NCBI GenBank assembly: GCA_964016885.1
Contig: OZ024753.1
Location: 9,734,001-9,798,000, forward strand
DNA: 64,000 bases
Direction: 5' to 3'
Source of the DNA: Eledone cirrhosa
Taxonomy: Eukaryota
Each line of letters opens with the position of its first letter. The stretch's first letter is position 1. The notes under the pieces were generated by a model, which saw only the letters and a program-made list of their open reading frames with translations, had not been told where the DNA came from and searched no databases. Shown piece by piece: positions 53,362 through 64,000 of this stretch. Position numbers and translations under genes: made by a program.

Positions 53362-53654
53362 TACATACATACATACACACACACACATATATATATATAT
53401 ACATACACACACACATATATATATATATATACATACACACACACACACACATATATACACACACACACACACATATATATATACACACACACACATATAT
53501 ATATATATACACACACACACATATATATATATATACACACACACACATATATATATATATACACACACACACATATATATATACACACACACACACATAT
53601 ATATATACACACACACACACATATATATATACACACACACACACATATATATAT

Positions 53655-53712
<58 letters not shown>

Positions 53713-53757
53713 ATGTGTGTGTGTGTGGGGGGGGTGTATATGTGTGTGTGTGTGTGT

Positions 53758-53834
<77 letters not shown>

Positions 53835-53873
53835 TATGTGTGTGTGTGTGTGTGTGTATGTGTGTGTGTGTGT

Positions 53874-53914
<41 letters not shown>

Positions 53915-54027
53915 TGTGTATGTGTGTATGTGTGTGTGTGTGTATGTGTGTATGTGTGTGTGTGTGTATGTGTGTGTGTGTGTGTGTATGTGTGTGTGTG
54001 TGTGTGTGTGCGTGTGTGTGTGTGTGC

Positions 54028-54068
<41 letters not shown>

Positions 54069-54083
54069 TGTGTGTGTGTGTGT

Positions 54084-54126
<43 letters not shown>

Positions 54127-54484
54127 TCTGGTTAATAACCTCTTGATCAAAATGGAAATCAACAACACAGCTTTCATTCAACCATGAATTAAGTAATACC
54201 CCCCCCCTTACTGTATCATCATCATCATCATCATGCTCAGATTAAATTATAAACTTCCTTACCCACTATGTGTGTGTGTACGTTTGTTTATGCATGTATA
54301 TGTATGTATGTATGCGTCTATGTTTGTATATATTATGAATGTATATCTCTCTCTATATATATATGTATGTGTGTGTATGTTTGTATATATGTATGCATGC
54401 ATTTATCTCTCCCTCTCTCTCTCTTTCTATATATATATATTTTGTGTGTGTGTGCGTGTATGTGTGTGTCTATATATGTATGTA

Positions 54485-54567
<83 letters not shown>

Positions 54568-54630
54568 GCACCTGTATGTATATATGTATGCATGCATGCT
54601 TGCATCTCTCTCTAATATATATATATATGG

Positions 54631-54678
<48 letters not shown>

Positions 54679-54730
54679 CTATATATGTATGTATGCATGC
54701 ATACATATATACATACATACACACATATAG

Positions 54731-54785
<55 letters not shown>

Positions 54786-54898
54786 TATGCATATATATAT
54801 ATATATATATTGTTATATTTGGGGACTAATTCATCGCCGTTATATATATATATATATACATGTATGTATGTGTGTATGTATGCATGTATCTCTCTCTT

Positions 54899-54962
<64 letters not shown>

Positions 54963-55124
54963 GGGGGGGGGGGGGAGATGAAATGATTGACTGATTAAAA
55001 GATTAAAGTATTTGTTAAAAAAGATTTAATATATTTTTACATTCTCAACTTCTTCAAATACTACACTTCCCTATTTTCCTTTATCACGAATAAAAGTTTA
55101 TGAATATTATCTCTCTCTGTATAT

Positions 55125-55170
<46 letters not shown>

Positions 55171-55307
55171 GAATAGGATTGTATAATATAATAGGTATAT
55201 GGTTATGATAGAAATATTGAATGATACAGCTGAAAAGTCAAATGGTGTATAAATAAATAAATAAATAAATATATATATATATATACATATCTATATATAT
55301 ACATATC

Positions 55308-55406
<99 letters not shown>

Positions 55407-55497
55407 ATTGTACATATATATATATATATATATACATATATAGATACATATATATCTATGCATTGTACATATATATACATATAGTTATGCATTGTAA

Positions 55498-55555
<58 letters not shown>

Positions 55556-55700
55556 GTATATATATATTTACAATGCATAACTATATGTATGTATGTATAT
55601 ATATATATATATTTACAATGCATAACTATATGTATATATATATATATGTACAATGCATACATATATATGTATCTATATATATATATATATATATTTATTT
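53310..55700. repeat. dense (CA)n/(TA)n/(TG)n/(TC)n microsatellite field
   Basis: direct reading of the sequence. Confidence 0.95.
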
Positions 55701-56278
55701 ATTTATTTATACACCATTTTACTTTTCAGCTGTATCATTCAATATTTCGATCTTGTGTGTGTGTGTGTGTGTGTATACCATTTACTTTTCAACTGTATCA
55801 TTCGATAATGACCATATACCTATTATATATTATACAATCCTTTTCTATTCCATTCCATTCCATTCTATTTCATTCCTTTTTATTCCATTCTATTCTGTTC
55901 TATTCTATCCAATCCTACACCTAAAACATTCTATTGTCTGCTTTGTTTAGCTTCTATTCCGAAATATTATGTCAACTGTATGTTAAATAGCGCAGGATTA
56001 CTTTAGTGTTGAGGGAAGTACCTCTACTGCGCATTGCAGTGAAATTTATGCAGACTATTACCGGTGGTAGTCTGAAATTGCAGTGACGTAGCAATGACGT
56101 TGCTGTGACGTAGCTGTGACGTAATAAATTAGTTTACACCCGTAACAGACGACACGCCAATCATGAACTTCACTTTGTCAATGACTGAATCGGTGAAGTT
56201 TCAAACCTCAACACTTTCTTTCTTGTTAAACCAATTGAATTCCATCATGGGAGAGATAGAGGGAAATATAGACAGATA

Positions 56279-56330
56279 TGTTTCTTTATTAGCCACAAGG
56301 GCGCACAAGAAAAGGGGACAATACAAAGAC
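56279..56330 (-). mobile_element. very short 3'-terminal fragment of the same Tx1 family
   Basis: TGTTTCTTTATTAGCCACAAGGGCGCACAAGAAAAGGGGACAATACAAAG matches the 3' ends at 57366 and 62546. Confidence 0.75.
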
Positions 56331-56334
56331 ATGC

Positions 56335-57345
<1,011 letters not shown>

Positions 57346-57365
57346 AGTGGCTAAAGATAAAGATA

Positions 57366-60300
57366 TGTTTCTTTTATTTGCCACTAGGGCATCAAAAGTG
57401 GGACAAGTACAAAGGGGGGAGTTTACACAAAAAGGCGTCCTCAATAAGGAGGAGGCAATAACAAAATATAAAAATAAAATAAGATATAACAAAAAATAAA
57501 ATTTTTAACAAAATCCTCAATAGAGAGGAGGCGCCTTGGGGGGGTCGCACACACCCCCGAAAAAAGTGTGCAACCCTTCTCCTCAGGAGCACAGAGAAGG
57601 GGTGCTCCCTTGGTCTTTCATCTTCCTCACCTATAGTCTGATGTAGAGTGAAGGCCCATTCACACGGGCCATTCTCGCCACTTTCACCCATCTTTCATAG
57701 AAACGGCTGGGGTGCAGCACCTCTCTCTCCATCCTGATCCTTCTTCCGAAATGATATCGGAAGAAACGGACCAGTTGTTGGCCAGAGAGAAAGGTGCCTG
57801 ACCTCAGTCCTTTCAGACGCGTCCACCATACAACCTCTTTCGCCATGGCTATTACGCACAGAAACACCGCCTCTGCTTCATCTTTGAAGGGGGGAGGCGG
57901 CTTGATCATTACAATAGACTCGGTGGTCAACCGGATCGGTCCCACCCTTGACAGCAGTTGTTCGACATAGCCCCACAGATCGGCTACGCCCGAGCAGTGT
58001 ACCAATGCGTGTGCAACGGTTTCCTCGTCGCACACGCATCTGGGACAGATCTTTTTGGCGGGGTCCCTACCCGGGCGCCCGTGTCTGTAGAGCCTTTCTC
58101 GAACGGGTAAAGCCCCTCGGTAGCACTGCCAGGCCAGGGACTTCTGGAAATTGTCCATAGGTCCTGGGCTGAATGTCCTACCGAACAGGCTGGCCAGTTC
58201 GTCCTCCTCCATGTCTAGGGCTTCTCCGAGGGCGTCGTCGCACCTGCTGCGTACCAGCCCTCTATAGAATGTTGCGGTGGAGTCTCCACTGATAACCGGA
58301 TCCGCCTGCCAGAGGGCGGTGAGCGCCTGGGCACACTCAGTGTGCCAGGCGCCCAGTTTTCTCGGTCTTTGCTTGACCCAGGATTGCAGCTCGGTGAGTG
58401 AGACGAGTCTGGGAAAGGTTCGTCTCACAAACGAGGCCCACACCGGTTGTCCGGTGAGGAATACGTAGAGGTGCCGTAGCCTTAATGCGTGTTTACGCAT
58501 CATTAGCCACGGCATCCCCAGCCCTCCTTTCGAAGGGTGTTGACAGCAGATGGATCTCCTCACCATAGGAGCCCGCCTCTTCCAAAGGAATTGGAAAAGC
58601 GCGCGCTCCATCTTGGTGAGGGTTTCCCTTGGGCAGGGCACTACGGTCAGGCGGTAGTAGATGACGGACGCTATGTAGGTGTTCGCCACTTCCGCCCGAC
58701 CTTTCAGGGATAGTTTGCAACTGGCCCACTTCTGGGTCAGTGCAAACACCCTGTTCGTAACCTCCGCCCAGTTTTTCTCCACCTGGAGGTCCGGTCTGAA
58801 CCAGACCCCGAGCAACTTCACCGGGCCCTCCGTCCAGCGTCCGACGACGCTATCGGAGGGCATCGGTCTGCCCCTCCACGTGCCGAGTTGCAAACCGATC
58901 GACTTGTCCCGGTTCAGCTTAGCCCCTGTGAACCTTTCGTACTCCTCCAGTAAGGTGCCGACCGCCTCGATTTCGGAGGCCGTCGACACCATTACTGTCA
59001 CGTCATCGGCGTAGGCCGACACCGCTTTCCGCAATCCCGGTTCCAAGGGGATGCCCTGCAACAACTCCAACTTCCGCAGTAGTGGCTCGAGAGTCAACAC
59101 ATACAGAAGGGAGGAGAGAGGGCACCCTTGTCGGATGGACCGCGCGATTTTGAACGGCTCCGAGAGGTAGCCGTTCACCTTGACCCTAGAGCAGATGCGG
59201 CTGCTGTGCATAGCAGTGATCCAGCCCCTGAAAACGGGTCCGAAGCCTGCCGCCGCTAGCACCGCATCCAGGTAACCATGGTCGACCCTATCGAACGCCT
59301 TAGATTGATCCAAGTTGATCAGAGCCCCACCAAAGCCGGGTTCGTTCCCAACCCTCTCTATGATGTATCGCATGAGGTGGAGGTTGTCATGGATGGACCT
59401 GGACGGGATAGCGCATGTCTGCGCATCTCCCACCAGGTTGCCCACGACAAGCGCCAACCTCTTTGCTAGCACCTTGGCCAAAATCTGTAACTCTGTATTT
59501 AGCAGTGTTATGGGCCTGAAGTTACTTATTTCGTCCCCCTTGTTCTCGTCCTTCCTCACTAGCGTGACTACGCCCTTGGTCACAGTACAGGGAATTCTCC
59601 CGTTCTGTTGCCAGTTGCAGTAGACCGCCTCGAGGAGATCGGGGAACAAGTCCGGCATAGCTAGATATAATTCGTAAGGAAGACCATCGAGACCCGGGGA
59701 TTTGCGTTTGCCGCATTGGCTCAGCACGTCCTCTATCTCAGCGGCCGAAATCGGCTCCTCGCAGGACTTCGCCTCCCTGTCCGAGAGGCGCGGCAGGCCG
59801 TCGAGGTATGGACCGAAGTCCACGTTCCCAACCGGCTCCCCGCCCCTCCCGAACAGTCGGGCAAAGTGCCTTTGAAAGGCCTCACACATCTGCTTAGGCT
59901 CAAGAATCGCCCGTCCATCCAGGTCTCGCAAAGACCGGATGGAGGATTTAGTTCCACTGTTGGCCTCTGTCACGCGGGCCCAGCTAACAGCTTTGGTCCC
60001 CTCGTTCCCTAGAGCACGTATTTTACTTCGGACAACGCAGCCTTCGTGCTTCGCGTCGAAAAACTGGCTCAAAGCCGTTCTCGACGCTAGCACTCTGGCC
60101 ACGTCGCCGCTTCTAATTGCCTCTTCTACTCTATCTATTAGCTCCCTTTCCTTCCTATTCCTATCCGCAGCTAGAACCTTACTAAATTCTATCGAGACTA
60201 CTCTAATCTCTCTCTTTAGAGATACCCACCACCTGCTGTTGACGATCGCTCCAGTCAACCGTTCCTTAACTAACGTACTAATCCGATTCCTGTAGGCTCT

Positions 60301-61301
60301 ACTTGCCGGCAAGGACAAGTTGAGCTTCCAGTAACCGGGGCCCTGTCTATGAGTTCTGTCAAGGTTGACCATGCAGGTCACTAATTTGTGGTCTGAATAG
60401 CCAACCATGCGCATTTTTGGACAACTTAAAAAGTCCTTATCCTTAATTCTAACTAAGAACCTATCTAGGTACGACCTAGATGATCCGCTACGATTTGCCC
60501 AAGTCCAGGTTGGCGCAGTCGGAAAATCTAGTCGATATCTATCGGCCAGGTCAAATCGACCGATTAACCCTTTGAGGCTATTACACCCCTCTCTATCGGG
60601 GCAGGCCCCTACGTAGTCCCAGCGTGCATCTAGGATACCATTCCAGTCCCCCACTAATAGCAAGGAGCGGGACGTCCCCAGAAAAGTCTCCAGACGGTGG
60701 AAGAAGTCCGGCCGCATTGACCCGAAAGGGCCGTAGGCGGCTACCAACCTAAACGCTCCGCCTTTACCACTGCCAAGGTCCAGAACCACTAGTCGACCCT
60801 CCGGGTCCAAATGTACCATCTGTGTTGCGAGACCCAGATGTTTTTGCAGCAGAACGACAACTCCACCCCCACCTCCGGGCTGACAGAGAGATGCGTGCAT
60901 CTCAAAGTCATCAAAGGTGGGGGCCAGCTGTCGCACGTTGCTGATCCGGGCCTCGCAAATAACCATCACATCTATACGTTGTGGTCATTTAGAAGCATTG
61001 CTTGCTTCCAAGTTGAGCCCAGGCCACGCGCATTTAAACAGCCTACTCTTAGCATAGCCATGTTGGTGGTGAAGAGAAAAGGCACTTACCTCTCTGCGTC
61101 CCGGGTATCGGGCTGCACAATTTCCATTAGGGTGGGGGATGGGTTGTTGGGTGGGGTGGTGGTTTGTGGAAGTGTGGGGGCATCAGTGTGTTGTGTGGTT
61201 GGGGAGCTTGGAGTTGTGTGGGTGTTTGGGGAGGGGGTGGGATAGTTTTTTAGGAGGACGCGGTTAATGGGCCCGACGCAGGGGGGGGCCCACGTCCTCT
61301 T
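57366..61301 (-). mobile_element. Tx1-clade (L1 group) non-LTR retrotransposon, 5'-truncated within ORF1, with a 14-bp TSD
   Basis: TSD TAAAGATAAAGATA at 57352-57365 and 61302-61315; Pro/Thr-rich ORF1 tail (~61086-61290); ORF2; 3' UTR ending AATAAAAGAAACA. Confidence 0.92.
57631..61061 (-). CDS. LINE ORF2 (APE endonuclease, reverse transcriptase, C-terminal Cys/His knuckle); one frameshift near 60985
   Basis: 1112-aa open frame with GDWN, SYLDRF, SDH (APE), KSPGLDG, FRPITLLN, DQSKAFD, QGCPLS, YADD (RT) and CPRC..ETVAHALVHC; N-terminus MAMLRVGCLNARGL (ATG 61061) lies in another frame. Confidence 0.9.
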
Positions 61302-61492
61302 TAAAGATAAAGATAAGTTATCACGCAGACACACATACATACGTTCACACAGACACAAACACACACATTCACTCACACATACACTCCCCCACTTACACAC
61401 ATACCCACACCCGCACAACCATACAGACACACACACACACAGAGAACTCATACATACACACATACGTTCACCCAGAGTCATACACACATTCA

Positions 61493-61567
<75 letters not shown>

Positions 61568-62492
61568 GGGGTCGATAAAATTACCCAGCAAATTACCCAG
61601 TGCGTTACTGGTATTTTGTTTTATCGACCCTGTAAGGATGAAAGACAAAGTTAACCTCGGCAGGATTTGAACTCAGATCGTAAGGCGACGTAACTATGCT
61701 GGAAAGCATGGCGTCCGACCCTCTACCGATACTGCCAATCCACCGCCCTAACATATAATGTTAGGACTTCACTTGATCTCCCGAAAAATATATCTCATAA
61801 AATTTATGCTGTAGATTTTACTTGTGACATAGCTAGAATATGTGTTAAGTATCAGAACCATATTTAAATATGTTTGGCTGTTTAGGTATGTATGTATGTG
61901 TGTGACGGTGTGAGGGGTATATGTGGTTGGTGATGGTGGTGGAGGTGTATGTGTGTGTTGTGGTGGCGGGGTTATGTGTGTGTAGTGGTGGTGGTGGTGG
62001 TGGTGTGTATGTGTGTGTGGTAGTGGTGGTGCTGCTGTGGGTGGTGATGGTGGTGGGGGTTATGTGGTGGTGGTGGTGTGTATGTGTGGTGGTGGTGGTG
62101 TGGGGGAGTATGTGTGTGGGTGGTGGTGGTGGTGGTGGTGGCGGGGTTATGTGTGTGTAGTGGTGGGGTTATGTGGTGGTGGTGGTGTGTATGTGTGTGT
62201 GGGGGTTATGTGTGTGTGGTGGTGGTGTTGTGGGTATGCATAATTTGGTTTCATGGTGAGGTTTTAATCTAGCAACTCTGTGTCTGTGCAACTCGGGCGG
62301 AACAAACATTACAAGGGTGGTCGTTTGAAAGTAACGCTTTGTCAGGTTTCTACTCTTTGTTTACATCTTTTGACGATATACTGTACATCATCGATATACG
62401 CAGACAAATACATGCCTGGCTGGTTGGCTGGCTGGCTCGATGGATAGATGATGGACGAACGGACCGACGGATCGATGGATAGATGGACGAAC

Positions 62493-62545
<53 letters not shown>

Positions 62546-64000
62546 TGTTTCGTTATTAGCCACAGGGGCACAAAAGAAGGGGACAAATACAAAGGGGGAA
62601 GTTTAGATACAATAAAAACGTGTAAAATATTATCACAAATGCAATTGAAAAGTTAATCGATTTTCCCCAATAGGGGGAGACAGTACATATGGGTAACACA
62701 TACCCCCGAAAAAATGTGCAACCCTCATCTCCAGGAGTACGAAGAGTTTGTACCCCCTTCCTCTTTTCCTCCTTTTCCTCAACCTACAGGCTGATATAGA
62801 GAGAAGGCCCATTCACTCGGGCCATTCTCGCCACTTTCACCCACCTTTCATAAAACTTGCTGGGGTACAGCACCTCTCTCTCCATCCTGATTCTTCTTCC
62901 AAAGTGGTATTTGAAAAAAAGAATCAGTTGTTGGCTGGAGAGAAAGGTGTCCGACCTCAGCCCTTTCAACCTCGTCCACCATACAACTTCTTTCGCCATA
63001 GCTATCACACAAAGAAAAACCGCCTCTCCTTCGTTTTTGAATGAGGGTGGCGGTTTGATCATGACAATGGACTCGGTGGTCAACCGGATTAGCCCCACCC
63101 GCGACAATAGTCGTTCTACATAGCCCCACAGGTCGGTAACGCCCGGGAAGTGTATGAATGCGTGCGCGACGGTTTCTTCGTCTCGCACGCATCTCGGACA
63201 GATCTTTTTCGAAGGGTCCCTGCTTGGGCGCCCGTGTCTGTAGAGCTTGTATCGAACAGGTAGAGCTCCTCGGTAGCACTGCCAGGCCAGGGACTTTTGG
63301 AAGTTGTCCATCGGTCCCGGGCGGAAGGTCCTACCGAACAGACTGGCCAGTTCGTCTTCCTCTACGACTAGAGTTTCTCCGAGCGCGTCGTCGCACTTGT
63401 TGCGGATCAAACCTCTATAGAATGACGAAGTGGAGTCTCCACTGATCGCCGGGTCCGCCTGCCAGAGGGCTGTGAGCGCCTGAGCACATTCGATGTGCCA
63501 GTCGCCCATTTTCCTCGGTCTTTGCTTGACCCAGGACTGCAGCTCGGTCAGCGAGACGAGTCGTGGGAAGGCTCTCCTCACGAACGGGGCCCACACCGGT
63601 TGTCCGGTGAGAAATACGTAGAGATGCCGCAGCCTGAGCGCGTGTTTGCGCATCGTCAGCCACAGCATCCCCAACTCTCTGTTGGAAGGGTGTTGGCAGC
63701 AGATGGATCTTCTCACCAAAGGATCCCGCTTCTTCCAAAGGAATTGGAAGAGCGCGCGCTCCATTTTGGTGAGCGTTTTGGCTGGACAAGGCACGACGGT
63801 CAAGCGGCAGTAGATGACGGACGCTCTAAAAGTGTTCGCCACCTCCGCTTTACTTTTCAAGGATAGTTTGCACTCGGCCCACTTCTGGGTGAGTTGAAAC
63901 ACCTTGGCCGTCTCCTCGTCCCAGTTCTTCTCCACCTGGAGGTCCGGACCAAACCAGACCCCGAGCAGTTTCACCGGTCCTTCCATCCAGCGTCCGACGA
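62546..64000 (-). mobile_element. second, diverged Tx1-clade LINE copy (3' part), running off the window
   Basis: ORF 62784-63986 is colinear with the ORF2 C-terminus of the first copy; related 3' UTR; 3' end abuts (GATA)n. Confidence 0.92.

Noticed and set aside
57948-61245. Plus-strand ORFs overlapping the LINE
   Set aside because: Antisense shadows of a GC-rich ORF2 with no recognisable motifs

Overview
AT-rich, microsatellite-saturated eukaryotic (animal) genomic DNA. The SINE/LINE content suggests an octopod cephalopod, which is my inference. The only host protein gene found is DPH5 (diphthine methyl ester synthase) on the minus strand. Six GT-AG coding exons at 39644->11130 splice in frame into the N-terminal ~176 aa, and the remaining exons appear to lie left of the window. 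An intron-containing tRNA-Lys(UUU) gene sits inside a ~101-bp satellite at 50614-50710. The rest is repeats: tRNA-derived SINEs; RTE, CR1, CRE, RLE-type and Penelope relics; a near-complete Tx1-clade LINE plus two relatives, all abutting TATCT; four Helitron-like elements; hAT, piggyBac and Tc1/mariner-type MITEs; fold-back elements; and about ten minisatellites. The most notable non-obvious signal is six hand-folded type I hammerhead ribozyme motifs from five unrelated sequence contexts. Two of them lie in the ~175-bp inverted arms of a 2.5-kb apparently non-coding element (43459-45981). Most ORFs in the supplied track are repeat artefacts. All folds, alignments and copy counts were done by eye, and repeat boundaries are approximate.
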